This document shows, piece after piece, positions 37,357-47,300 of a DNA stretch of 64,000 nucleotides. The notes below the pieces were generated by a model. That model was not told the origin of the DNA, made no database searches, and was given only the letters and a program-made list of their open reading frames with translations. How positions within the stretch are numbered: the stretch's first letter is position 1; each line of letters begins with the position of its first letter. A program made the position numbers and the translations under genes. The DNA is from Flavobacteriales bacterium. Its GTDB lineage: Bacteria; Bacteroidota; Bacteroidia; Flavobacteriales_C; GCA-002722245. Location of the stretch: the NCBI GenBank assembly GCA_002720635.1, contig PBJD01000014.1, positions 2,536 through 66,535 on the forward strand, written 5' to 3'.

Positions 37357-40026
37357 ATGAACTTCAATAATTTTACAATAAAATCTCAGGAGGCTGTTCA
37401 ACGAGCTCAACAAATTGCAATTGGAAATGATACTCAAACCGTTGAGTTAGGCCATATACTTAAAGGAGCTTTTGAAATTGATAAAAATGTAATCCCATTT
37501 ATTTTTAAAAAGCTTGGAGTAAACTATAATGCTGTTAAACAGGCCTTAGACAGAATTATTGAAGGATACCCAAAAGTATCAGGTGGATCTGTGAACCTTT
37601 CACGATTTGCAAATGAAGCTATGAATAAAGCGGCTAATTTCGCAGAACAATCCAGGGATGAATTTGTTTCCATAGAACATATGCTTTTTGGCTTAATGAA
37701 TACCTCTGATAATGCCTCTCAACTCCTTAAAGACAGTGGAGTTAATGAGAAAGGTATTAAAGCTGCTATTAAAGAATTGAGAAAAGGAGAGCGAGTTACT
37801 TCTCAGTCTCAAGAAAATACATATAACTCCTTGGACAAGTACGCTAAGAATTTGAACAAATTAGCAAGAGAAGGTAAGCTGGATCCTGTTATAGGGAGAG
37901 ATGATGAAATTCGAAGGGTTCTTCAGATTCTTTCCAGAAGAACCAAAAACAATCCTATTCTTATTGGAGAGCCTGGTGTGGGTAAAACAGCAATTGCAGA
38001 AGGAATTGCCCACCGAATAATCAATGGAGATATTCCTGAAAACTTAAAGGATAAAAGATTTTATTCTTTAGACATGGGAGCGCTTATTGCAGGAGCAAAA
38101 TATAAAGGAGAGTTTGAAGAACGATTAAAATCGGTAGTAAAGGAAGTAACCACCAGTAATGGTAGTATTATTTTGTTTATTGATGAAATACATACTTTAG
38201 TTGGTGCCGGGTCAGGTGGAGAAGGAGCGATGGACGCCGCTAATATATTAAAACCTGCATTGTCTAGAGGGGAACTGCGAGCAGTTGGAGCGACAACTTT
38301 AAATGAATACCAAAAATATTTTGAAAAAGATAAAGCGTTAGCGAGGAGATTTCAAAAAGTATTGGTAGAAGAACCTCAAACAGAAGATGCCATATCAATA
38401 TTAAGGGGAATAAAAGAGAAGTATGAAACGCATCATAAAGTTCAAATTAAAGATGAAGCAATTATAGCTGCTGTTGAATTGTCTCAGCGGTACATCAGTG
38501 ATCGGTTTTTGCCGGATAAGGCTATTGATTTAATAGATGAAGCAGCTTCAAAGTTACGAATGGAAATCAATTCCAAACCTGAGGAACTTGAGCTGATAGA
38601 GCGAAAAATTCTTCAGTTAGAGATAGAAAGAGAGGCAATAAAAAGGGAAGGAGCCAGCGCTAAACTGGAGAATATAAAATCGGAATTAGCGGAACTAATT
38701 GATCAAAAAAATGAATTGAAAGCAAAGTGGGAAGCAGAAAGAGAAGTGATTGATGGAATCCAACAAGCAAAGGAAAGTATTGAAAACTTCAAGTTAGAAG
38801 CGGAACAAGCCGAGCGTTCTGGTGATTATGGAAAGGTTGCAGAAATTAGATACGGGAAAATTAAAGATGCAAAATTACTTCAGGACGAACTGAAGCAAAA
38901 ACTTGCTCAAATTCAGAGTAATGAGAAGATGGTTAAGGAAGAAGTTGATTCTGATGAAATTGCTGATGTGATTAGTAGATGGACAGGTATTCCTGTTACT
39001 AAATTGGTAGAAGCTGAGGTTCAGAAATTATTGCGTTTAGAAGACGAACTTCATAAATCAGTAGTTGGGCAAGATGAGGCAATTTTAGCGGTTTCCGATG
39101 CCGTTAGACGAAGTAGAGCAGGATTGCAGGATGAAAACCGACCAATAGGTTCGTTTATTTTTATTGGAACAACAGGTGTTGGAAAAACGGAATTGGCAAA
39201 AGCATTGAGTGAATATTTATTCAATGATCGTAATGCAATGGTTCGAATTGATATGAGCGAATATCAGGAGAAACACTCGGTTTCCAGGTTAGTAGGTTCG
39301 CCTCCTGGGTATGTTGGGTATGAAGAAGGAGGGCAATTAACAGAAGCTGTTCGAAGAAAGCCATATTCAGTAGTTCTTTTTGATGAAATAGAAAAGGCAC
39401 ATCCTGATGTGTTTAATACGCTTTTGCAAGTTTTGGATGATGGTAGGTTAACGGATAACAAAGGGCGGTTAGTCAATTTTAAGAATACGATTTTAATTTT
39501 GACTTCAAATATTGGTTCTCATATTATTCAGGATAATTATGAAAACGTAAAAACGAAAGATTTAGACTCAATTGCTCAAAAAACTAAGTTTGAAGTCTTT
39601 GAATTGCTTAAAAAAACATTGAGACCTGAATTTTTAAATCGAATTGATGAAACGATTATGTTTACTCCATTGAATATGAGTGAAATTTTACAAATAGTTA
39701 AAATTTTATTTAAAGACATTCAAGAACGTTTAACCGATCAGAATGTTGAATTGGAAGCAACTGACTTTGCATTTGAAGAACTGGCAAGACTTGGATACGA
39801 TCCTCAATTTGGAGCACGTCCATTAAAGAGAGTAATGCAAAAAGAAGTTTTAAATCAACTATCAAGATTAATTTTAAAGCAAGAAATAACTCCAGGAAGC
39901 AGAATAACCCTGGACTATTTTGAAGGTGATAAATTTGTCTTCCGACCAAGTGATTCAAAAATAAAAGCAGATGACATCATCAATTTAGATGAAATATCGA
40001 AAAAACAGTCCCAAAAAGAATCTTGA
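37357..40026 (+). CDS. clpB: ATP-dependent chaperone ClpB
   Basis: Clp N-domain, two AAA+ modules ([16 protein letters not shown]), and a long middle coiled-coil. Confidence 0.96.
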   Translation: MNFNNFTIKSQEAVQRAQQIAIGNDTQTVELGHILKGAFEIDKNVIPFIFKKLGVNYNAVKQALDRIIEGYPKVSGGSVNLSRFANEAMNKAANFAEQSRDEFVSIEHMLFGLMNTSDNASQLLKDSGVNEKGIKAAIKELRKGERVTSQSQENTYNSLDKYAKNLNKLAREGKLDPVIGRDDEIRRVLQILSRRTKNNPILIGEPGVGKTAIAEGIAHRIINGDIPENLKDKRFYSLDMGALIAGAKYKGEFEERLKSVVKEVTTSNGSIILFIDEIHTLVGAGSGGEGAMDAANILKPALSRGELRAVGATTLNEYQKYFEKDKALARRFQKVLVEEPQTEDAISILRGIKEKYETHHKVQIKDEAIIAAVELSQRYISDRFLPDKAIDLIDEAASKLRMEINSKPEELELIERKILQLEIEREAIKREGASAKLENIKSELAELIDQKNELKAKWEAEREVIDGIQQAKESIENFKLEAEQAERSGDYGKVAEIRYGKIKDAKLLQDELKQKLAQIQSNEKMVKEEVDSDEIADVISRWTGIPVTKLVEAEVQKLLRLEDELHKSVVGQDEAILAVSDAVRRSRAGLQDENRPIGSFIFIGTTGVGKTELAKALSEYLFNDRNAMVRIDMSEYQEKHSVSRLVGSPPGYVGYEEGGQLTEAVRRKPYSVVLFDEIEKAHPDVFNTLLQVLDDGRLTDNKGRLVNFKNTILILTSNIGSHIIQDNYENVKTKDLDSIAQKTKFEVFELLKKTLRPEFLNRIDETIMFTPLNMSEILQIVKILFKDIQERLTDQNVELEATDFAFEELARLGYDPQFGARPLKRVMQKEVLNQLSRLILKQEITPGSRITLDYFEGDKFVFRPSDSKIKADDIINLDEISKKQSQKES

Positions 40027-40046
40027 TTAAAAGATAAATAGAGATA

Positions 40047-40077
40047 AAAAAACGCCTAATCAATTAGGCGTTTTTTT
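40047..40077 (+). terminator. Rho-independent terminator after clpB
   Basis: Stem cgcctaat / attaggcg plus a T7 run. Confidence 0.8.
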
Positions 40078-40156
40078 ATCTCACCATATTCCATATGACA
40101 TTTTGCATAAACTGCAAAAACAAAAAATATAGTTGTAAAAATAGAAAATTGTCTTT

Positions 40157-40801
40157 TTGATTCCTGGTGTAAGTTTGCTGAAACAAATCAAGAAAATGAA
40201 AAGATTACACATTCCTTATTATTTTATAGCGTTTAGATTTTTTTTAATTCCTATCATTGGAATACTGGGATACCACTACGGTGACTCGATAAGGTATTTA
40301 GTTTTAGGTTTAATGTACCTGGGTTTACTATCCGATATTTTTGATGGGATTATTGCTCGTAACTTAGGTGTTCAAACCGCCATAATGAGAAGGCTCGATA
40401 GTCAGGTAGATATGTTGTTTTGGTTAACAATTGGCTTTTATTCTTATTGGGTACATCCTGAAATAATTAATGAACACATTAATTTGGTAAGAGGGGTATT
40501 GGCTATGGAAGTTATTTGCTACTTTATGAGTTTTGTGAAATTTGGTAAAGAGTCCGCTTTTCATCCATTATTATCAAAAACATGGGGGGTATCCTTACTA
40601 GCGGCCTTTACCGGGATTTTAGGTTTTGCATATGGAGGGGTTACTTTTACACTGGCTGTTTTTTTGGGTGTAGTTAGTCATGTTGACCGATTACTCATTA
40701 CATGGATACTACCAAAATGGACACACGATGTACCATCAAGTTATCACGCATGGAAAATCAGACAGGGGAAGAAAATCAGGCGTCATAAATTATTTAATTA
40801 A
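40157..40801 (+). CDS. CDP-alcohol phosphatidyltransferase family membrane protein
   Basis: DIFDGIIARNLGVQTAIMRRLDSQVDML matches the D-G-x2-A-R...G-x3-D-x3-D motif. Multiple TM helices. Confidence 0.75.
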   Translation: MIPGVSLLKQIKKMKRLHIPYYFIAFRFFLIPIIGILGYHYGDSIRYLVLGLMYLGLLSDIFDGIIARNLGVQTAIMRRLDSQVDMLFWLTIGFYSYWVHPEIINEHINLVRGVLAMEVICYFMSFVKFGKESAFHPLLSKTWGVSLLAAFTGILGFAYGGVTFTLAVFLGVVSHVDRLLITWILPKWTHDVPSSYHAWKIRQGKKIRRHKLFN

Positions 40802-40898
40802 CGATGAGCTCTATTTTTTTGACCAATTGCTTTGCAAAAGAAAATTCTAGCCTTATATTTGCCCTCCCGTTACAAAACTGAACGTTCTTATATAAATC

Positions 40899-40973
40899 GG
40901 GCGATTAGCTCAGTTGGTTCAGAGCACCTGCCTTACAAGCAGGGGGTCGTAGGTTCGAATCCTACATCGCCCA
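40899..40973 (+). tRNA. tRNA-Val (anticodon TAC)
   Basis: Cloverleaf built by hand. Acceptor stem GGGCGAT/ATCGCCC. Anticodon stem CCTGC/GCAGG with loop CTTACAA. T-arm GTAGG-TTCGAAT-CCTAC. Discriminator A. No CCA encoded. Confidence 0.85.
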
Positions 40974-40975
40974 CA

Positions 40976-41009
40976 CAAAAAGGTCACAAGAAATTGTGAC
41001 CTTTTTTTG
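40976..41009 (+). terminator. Rho-independent terminator after the tRNA
   Basis: Stem aggtcacaa / ttgtgacct plus a T7 run. Confidence 0.75.
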
Positions 41010-41095
41010 TGGTTTAAGATGTTGGGTTCGAACCGTAAGAGGTTCGTTATGAGGAATGAAGCGACGAACATATGAGCCAAGCAATTGGCGAACTA

Positions 41096-41113
41096 ATCCT
41101 ACATCGCCCACAA
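41096..41113 (+). repeat. 18-bp perfect direct repeat of the tRNA-Val 3' end (aatcctacatcgcccaca; first copy at 40958..40975)
   Basis: Exact match found by eye. The surrounding sequence does not fold into a second tRNA. Confidence 0.8.
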
Positions 41114-41253
41114 CCCAATAAATAAGATTGCCCCTAAGCCGTTAACATGTAACTGTTAAAAATCTAATTCTGTTTCTAATGTATCAATCGCAACATTATG
41201 TTTCCTTTGAGGTATATGCAACATCAGTTCCACGATTTAATTGAAGCTTAATC

Positions 41254-41916
41254 ATGCGATTTTTGTTTGTTCTTGTTTTTATTTTCTGCTTGTCAACTTT
41301 AAAAGTTTTTGGTTGGGGTAAGTTGGGAGGAGGAGTTCGTTTCTCTCCTAATTTATCGTTTGTTTCCTTTAAAGGGGATGAATTAACGGTTAAGGTTAAT
41401 GAGGATTTGTTTAGAAGTTTTGCTATGTCTGTTCTGATTAATGGTGATTTTTTTGTTGAGCGAAAATTCAAAAAAGTAGCATTTGGTACAGGTATAGGTT
41501 TTAAAAGGTTAAGTGAGCAGACTGAAACTATTATCACAAGTTTGATAGAGGAAAAATCTTTAACTTATGTCCATGATTATGGAACTGTTCCTATGTATAT
41601 GCGACTTAAGTTGAGAAAAAGACTTTTTCTTCGATTGGGAATGACTTCTTTGGTAAATATTAGTAATACCCTTACAACTGTTTTAACCGATTTAAGTGAT
41701 GGTTCAACTTCTACAATAATTTCAGCTGATGATATTGATTACAATTGGTTTAACTTTTCAGGAGATATTGGTATTGGGTATACTTTTTTAAAAAAGAAAA
41801 TCTGTATGGATATCGAGCCGCTATTTACGAAAAATTTGATAGGTCTTTTAAGTGGTGATGTTGATGCGAATGCTTTTCAATCTACTTTTGGAGTATCTAT
41901 GACGATCCGTTATTAA
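41254..41916 (+). CDS. Small outer-membrane beta-barrel protein (porin-family, hypothetical)
   Basis: Signal peptide MRFLFVLVFIFCLSTLKVFG. Alternating amphipathic strands. C-terminal ...GVSMTIRY. Confidence 0.6.
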   Translation: MRFLFVLVFIFCLSTLKVFGWGKLGGGVRFSPNLSFVSFKGDELTVKVNEDLFRSFAMSVLINGDFFVERKFKKVAFGTGIGFKRLSEQTETIITSLIEEKSLTYVHDYGTVPMYMRLKLRKRLFLRLGMTSLVNISNTLTTVLTDLSDGSTSTIISADDIDYNWFNFSGDIGIGYTFLKKKICMDIEPLFTKNLIGLLSGDVDANAFQSTFGVSMTIRY

Positions 41917-41917
41917 A

Positions 41918-43444
41918 TTATTTGATGATTATTTTACCAGAACTCTGATAAAATTCACTATCAATTTTGATTAGGTAAATCCCTTTTTTCAAGTTTTGTG
42001 GCAAATCGAAATTAATACTCGAAGTGTTGTTTTCCACAACCAGATAATTTTTGTTGAACACAATTGATCCATGAATACTATATAGTTGAATAGTATAGTT
42101 CTGTTCTAAATTTCCTTGTAATAAAATTTTTGGATTTTTCTCGCTTTCTAGATACGACCAACTTATGGGTTTACCTTCACCAATAAATACTACTTTAGTT
42201 GAAAATGTTTCGTTTTTTCCATCAAAGTCTGTTTGCCTTATTCTATAGTAAACTATGCCTTTTGGAGGGTTTAAGTCATATGTCATATAGTTGATTTCTT
42301 CGAAAGAGTTTCCGGCCCCTTCAATATCTTCAATAACTTCAAAATTTTCTCCGTCTGTTGATCTTTCAATAGCGAAATTTTGATTGTTAACCTCACTTTT
42401 TGTTGTCCATTCAATTCTTACTTTTTTATCATCCTCCAGGTCTACTTCAAATTCAGAAAGATCTACAGGTAGAGCAAGTGTCGGATTTATGCCACCATTC
42501 ATTGCCGCATAATCGTGGGCATTCCAGGGATCTTGTACTCGGTTCCTAGTTCCGATTTTAAAACCGCTCGAGCTAAAGCTTTGAATTCCGTTGGACATGA
42601 CCGCTTGAGCTGTGAAAGAAAATGAGGCATCTCCAGATAATGAGCCAGGTCTAAACATTGGAGCTCCGGCTCCGTCTACATATGTTGTTACAAATACAAA
42701 GTCAGGCTCAAAACCGGGTCCTGTAATGTGTTTATTATCCACAGAACCTCCATTGTTCCATCCTCCCGCTTTTAAGTTGCTGGATGCTCCGTTGTTGAAG
42801 CACATGTAGTAATAATTTGTTGAACCCCTGTCGGGTGATTGATTGGATACTCCGTCTGTATCGAAACCGCTGCCGTCTCTGTGTATTTTGTTTGTGTTTT
42901 TTGTTCCACTATTCAAATAGTCACAATCGTCTGCATTTGAGGATAAACATATTATCATATCTGCAGTTATGTGAGCCTCGTCTCCACAAATCCATGTCAT
43001 TTCAGGGTTAAAACCTGGTGTTGATATGTTTTGGCCACCATGGCTGTTACCTGAATAGGTTCCAATATGAATATCTCCTTCACTTTTAAAAGCCATCCAG
43101 TGATAGGTTTCTCCATCTTTGTTTGTCTCATCTTGATCACCGACTGTGAATCCATCAGAATCTAACGAAACAATTTGGTTGGTTACCAGTGCCGTTGCAG
43201 AGGTTGCCATTCGTTTGGAATAACCTGAAGGCATGTCTCCGGTTGAAAATATGGCCTCATAAGCTCCTTCGGATTTAATCATAATTGCATCTGGAGAGAA
43301 ACCGATGCCTGTTAAAGAAGTATTCGATCCGTTTCCGGAATATGAACCATAAGCATAAGTAAACTGTCCAATGGACAATTCAAAGGAAAAAATAAAAATA
43401 CTCAGAAGGAATATGTTTTTTATTAAAATAGGTTTATAAAGCAT
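41918..43444 (-). CDS. Secreted protein with three internal repeat modules, an Fn3-like domain and a T9SS C-terminal sorting domain
   Basis: Signal peptide. C-terminal ...KKGIYLIKIDSEFYQSSGKIIIK is typical of a Por-secretion CTD. The motif [IP]GF.P[DE] recurs about every 95 aa. Confidence 0.7.
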   Translation of the reverse strand: MLYKPILIKNIFLLSIFIFSFELSIGQFTYAYGSYSGNGSNTSLTGIGFSPDAIMIKSEGAYEAIFSTGDMPSGYSKRMATSATALVTNQIVSLDSDGFTVGDQDETNKDGETYHWMAFKSEGDIHIGTYSGNSHGGQNISTPGFNPEMTWICGDEAHITADMIICLSSNADDCDYLNSGTKNTNKIHRDGSGFDTDGVSNQSPDRGSTNYYYMCFNNGASSNLKAGGWNNGGSVDNKHITGPGFEPDFVFVTTYVDGAGAPMFRPGSLSGDASFSFTAQAVMSNGIQSFSSSGFKIGTRNRVQDPWNAHDYAAMNGGINPTLALPVDLSEFEVDLEDDKKVRIEWTTKSEVNNQNFAIERSTDGENFEVIEDIEGAGNSFEEINYMTYDLNPPKGIVYYRIRQTDFDGKNETFSTKVVFIGEGKPISWSYLESEKNPKILLQGNLEQNYTIQLYSIHGSIVFNKNYLVVENNTSSINFDLPQNLKKGIYLIKIDSEFYQSSGKIIIK

Positions 43445-43626
43445 GTTTTAAGGTTCTTTAAGGTGTTAGTGTTGTTATTTTTTTATATGCTTTTTTTTTA
43501 ATAAAGGTGACAAAAAATCTATGAAAAGTATTTTAATATCCATAAAACAAAGAAATAAACCTGAACTTGCCTTGTATGTCGAAATATGGTATTATTTTAA
43601 GGGCTTATTTAATTTTTAAGAACTGG

Positions 43627-44814
43627 ATGATTAAAATTTCTGATTTTAACTATAATTTACCCGAAAGTAATGTAGCTCAATATCCATTAGAAAATCGGGA
43701 TGAATCAAAGTTGCTTATTTATAAAGAAGGCAAAATAAGGCATCGGTTTTTTAAGGAAATTTCCGGGGAACTGGAAAAAAACAGTTTACTGATATCTAAT
43801 AATACAAAAGTCATTCCGGCTCGAATATTCTTTAAAAAAGAGACGGGTGCGATCATTGAAATTTTTTTATTGGATCCAATCCATCCAACTTCTGAGGTTG
43901 TAAAAGCTATGCAGGTAAGGGGAGCTGTTGTTTGGAAATGTATGATTGGAAATTTAAAAAGATGGAAAGAGGGGCAGGTTTTATACTTAAAAACCAAAGG
44001 GTTAAAAATCCAGGCTAAGTTGAAAAATAGAGCGTTAAGACATGTTGAATTAAGTTGGCAACCTGCGGATAAAATGGCTGTTGATGTAATTCATGAAATT
44101 GGAAAAATTCCTATTCCTCCATACATGAATCGTGATGCTGAGGAGATAGATAGAGAATCCTATCAAACTGTTTATGCAAAAAATGATGGCGCTGTGGCCG
44201 CTCCTACTGCCGGATTACATTTTACACAAAAAGTATTTACATCACTTAAGCAAAAAGATATTCAAAGAGACTTTGTAACGCTTCATATTGGGGCGGGTAC
44301 TTTTCAACCTGTAAAAGAGGAAGGAGATGTTACGAATCATAGTATGCATGCTGAACAGTTTGTAGTTCAGAAAAGTGTTTTAGAAAAACTAATCGATTTC
44401 GAAGGAAAGGTGACTGTTGTTGGAACTACATCCATGAGAACACTGGAAAGTTGTTTTTGGCTGGGAAATCAAATTATTAATAATAATTACAAAGGATTTG
44501 TTTCAAAATTAGAACCTTATGATTCTAAAGAAGTTGCTTCTTATCAAGATTCTATTAAAGCATTACTTCAATTTTTAACAGAAAATAATTTTCAAGAATT
44601 ACATGCAAGTACTGAAATCATGATTATTCCAGGGTATGATTTTAAAGTCTGTAATCATTTAATCACTAATTTTCATCAACCTCAAAGTACCTTAATGTTA
44701 TTAGTAGCTGCTTTTGTTGGTGAAGATTGGAAAGCTATTTATAATTATGCAATGAAGAATGAATTCAGATTTTTAAGTTATGGTGATAGTTCTCTCCTTT
44801 CGAGAAATGGGTAA
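43627..44814 (+). CDS. queA: S-adenosylmethionine:tRNA ribosyltransferase-isomerase
   Basis: MIKISDFNYNLPESNVAQYPLENRDESKLLIY is the canonical QueA N-terminus. The ORF is open from 43567 but the likely start is 43627. Confidence 0.85.
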   Translation: MIKISDFNYNLPESNVAQYPLENRDESKLLIYKEGKIRHRFFKEISGELEKNSLLISNNTKVIPARIFFKKETGAIIEIFLLDPIHPTSEVVKAMQVRGAVVWKCMIGNLKRWKEGQVLYLKTKGLKIQAKLKNRALRHVELSWQPADKMAVDVIHEIGKIPIPPYMNRDAEEIDRESYQTVYAKNDGAVAAPTAGLHFTQKVFTSLKQKDIQRDFVTLHIGAGTFQPVKEEGDVTNHSMHAEQFVVQKSVLEKLIDFEGKVTVVGTTSMRTLESCFWLGNQIINNNYKGFVSKLEPYDSKEVASYQDSIKALLQFLTENNFQELHASTEIMIIPGYDFKVCNHLITNFHQPQSTLMLLVAAFVGEDWKAIYNYAMKNEFRFLSYGDSSLLSRNG

Positions 44815-44905
44815 AAGTGAATAGAAAGAAGAATATTTTTTTTAAGTATATTTTATTGTAACCCGGAATAAAAATAATCGTAAAAAGCTTCAGAAAAAAA
44901 ATATT

Positions 44906-47215
44906 TTGATCAGGAGAGTAGCTGTTTTATTTCTAATTTTTTGTATTTCATTTGTTTTTGCTCAAGACGGAATATCAATCGATAACTTAGATTGGGAGGA
45001 TCTTATGAACATTCAGGTTACTTCCGCTGGTAAAAGGGTGCAAGGTATTGATAACGCTCCTGCAAATATCATCGTTATAACATCAGAACAAATTCAAAAT
45101 CGAGGATACTTAACTCTTGAGGAGGTATTTAAAGATCTGCCTGGTTTTGATTTCGCCGTAGGTTTGCCTTCTGGAGAATATCCAACCCATTTTTTATTTA
45201 GAGGTGTAGGAGATGTCGGTCAAACTAAATTTGCTTTGTTTATTGATGGAGTTTTGCAAAATGATATTTCAAATGGATGGTTTAGACACGTCGGCTATAA
45301 TTTCACTTTAAATAATATACAAAGGATTGAATTGGTTAGTGGTCCTGGTTCTGCTCTTTATGGGGCAAATGCATTTGTAGGTTTCGTAAATATTGTAACC
45401 AAAGAACCATATTTGGACAACACAAAAAACTTTGAGGTTTTTTCAAATTCTTTTGTTGGGTCAAACAATACTTATGACCAAAATTTTGACGGTTGGTTGC
45501 GTTTTAAAAATGAGGTTTCGGTTAGCTTTACAGGAAGGTATTTTCAAACAAATGGGGACAACGGTATAAACAGATTTGATCCAGGTAATTATTTTCATAA
45601 TAATTTTGAGCCTGATTCTGTAAGGATATTTAATGATGATAAATTTGAAACCTATGATACCATAGAGAATAATTTTGTGAATGGTCGTTCTCCAGAATTA
45701 AAAGATGGTTTTAGTACGAGTGTTCAAAATTATTATTTACGAGCAAAGATTAATTATAAAAATTTTAGTGTCGCTACTTCTCATTGGGAGAAAAAAGAAG
45801 GTTTGGGTAGTTATGTTGTTGGTTATGAATATTTCACTAATGATTCTGCCAAGGATTATTTGGCGAACCATTCTGGTCAATCATTTGAAATGAAATACAT
45901 GTGCTCTCCATCAAAAAAAATAAAATATACTTCCAGAGCATATGCAGTTTCCCAAAAAGTTTTACCACAAACGGGTTTTACTTATACGTATCAATTTCAG
46001 GATTTAATGTCTGAAGATTCTATTATTCCAAACTATAAAAAGACCTATGAGAGTGAAGGGTATTTAATGGGTTTAGAACAACAATTAAATGTTGATGTCA
46101 GTTCGAAGCATAAAATGATTTTCGGATGTCAGTTTGAGCAAAAAATCAGAGAGTTTTTTAATATTAATTATTTAAAAGATGATGCGAAATCAATTCTTTC
46201 ATCAATAAATGAAACACCAGAATTAAGGCCTGTTTTCTTTTCAGCGAATGGGGCAGGTTTTTTTCAGCATGAATACTCAATTATAAATAATTTGATACTT
46301 ACATCAGGATTTAGGTATGATTATGATGAGTTTTACGGTGATATTTTTAATCCAAGAATGGCCATGGTTTCATCTAATCCTGAAGGGTTTAAATTTAAGT
46401 TATTGCTTGGTCAGGGTTATAAGCCCCCTACTATTTTCGAGCTATATGACGAGTGGCGGGGTGTGGATACTTTAAAACCTGAAATAATTCAAACATGCGA
46501 AATTGAAATGGGGTATTCAAGGCCCAAATGGACTTTAAATTTTAATGTGTTTTATAATAACCTGAAAAATTTAATAAGAGTTACCCAAAATAGCAATGCA
46601 GAACAAGTTGGTATAGATGGTCAAAAAGCTGACATTTATCAAAATGTAGGGGCATCACAAATCATGGGGCTTTCCCTACGTGGGAAATGGTCTCCTAACA
46701 AGGCCCTGTTTATTTCAGGTAATTATCAAATTCTTGCAGATAGTATTTTTGGAAGATTAGATAATGTATCTTCCAACAAACTCAATTTTGTACTAAACTA
46801 TCTGGCGTTTAAAAAATTGAATATAAATATCAGAGGTAATTGGGTTGGGAAAATCAAAGCACCTGAATCAAATTTATATTATTTTGAAAAAACTGATCAG
46901 ACAATTCAAAGTGTAGGATATGATTATGTGACTGAAAATAACCCCGACGGGTTTTTAGGGGGTCATTTTTTATTAAATATCACTCTAACCGGTAAAAAAA
47001 ATATTAACACCAAGAATATAAAAGTGGATCCATTTATTAAAATTAATAACCTTTTGGATACAAAATATGCTTACATAGGTCGTCAATCAGGAAGTGGTGT
47101 TCGACCTGTTTCAAGTATTCAATCTTCCGTTTTCAACCCTAATGGTTTTATTCCTGCTTATCATCCTCAACAAGGGATAACCTTTCTGGCTGGGTTACGT
47201 TTTAAATTCAATTAG
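44906..47215 (+). CDS. TonB-dependent receptor (plug + 22-strand barrel)
   Basis: Signal peptide. Plug motifs (NAPANIIVITSEQIQNRG). C-terminal ...GLRFKFN. Confidence 0.85.
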   Translation: MIRRVAVLFLIFCISFVFAQDGISIDNLDWEDLMNIQVTSAGKRVQGIDNAPANIIVITSEQIQNRGYLTLEEVFKDLPGFDFAVGLPSGEYPTHFLFRGVGDVGQTKFALFIDGVLQNDISNGWFRHVGYNFTLNNIQRIELVSGPGSALYGANAFVGFVNIVTKEPYLDNTKNFEVFSNSFVGSNNTYDQNFDGWLRFKNEVSVSFTGRYFQTNGDNGINRFDPGNYFHNNFEPDSVRIFNDDKFETYDTIENNFVNGRSPELKDGFSTSVQNYYLRAKINYKNFSVATSHWEKKEGLGSYVVGYEYFTNDSAKDYLANHSGQSFEMKYMCSPSKKIKYTSRAYAVSQKVLPQTGFTYTYQFQDLMSEDSIIPNYKKTYESEGYLMGLEQQLNVDVSSKHKMIFGCQFEQKIREFFNINYLKDDAKSILSSINETPELRPVFFSANGAGFFQHEYSIINNLILTSGFRYDYDEFYGDIFNPRMAMVSSNPEGFKFKLLLGQGYKPPTIFELYDEWRGVDTLKPEIIQTCEIEMGYSRPKWTLNFNVFYNNLKNLIRVTQNSNAEQVGIDGQKADIYQNVGASQIMGLSLRGKWSPNKALFISGNYQILADSIFGRLDNVSSNKLNFVLNYLAFKKLNINIRGNWVGKIKAPESNLYYFEKTDQTIQSVGYDYVTENNPDGFLGGHFLLNITLTGKKNINTKNIKVDPFIKINNLLDTKYAYIGRQSGSGVRPVSSIQSSVFNPNGFIPAYHPQQGITFLAGLRFKFN

Positions 47216-47300
47216 AACCTTTTGTTAAAGATTCAATATTTGGATATGTTTTTTAGGGTGTCTATTTAATTCATATTATAGTTTACATTTTATAAAAGCA

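Noticed and set aside
41011-41113. A possible second, degenerate tRNA gene downstream of tRNA-Val.
   Set aside because: Only the last 18 nt match the tRNA. The preceding sequence cannot form a T-arm or acceptor pairing, so no cloverleaf can be built.
41196-41537. Minus-strand 113-aa ORF overlapping the start of the small OM barrel gene.
   Set aside because: It is a low-complexity K/P/T-rich translation with no signal peptide or motif. The plus-strand ORF has a signal peptide and beta-barrel periodicity.
44815-44905. A possible cobalamin or other riboswitch upstream of the first TonB-dependent receptor.
   Set aside because: There is no B12-box (GCCACTG) or other recognisable aptamer core. 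The region is just AT-rich.
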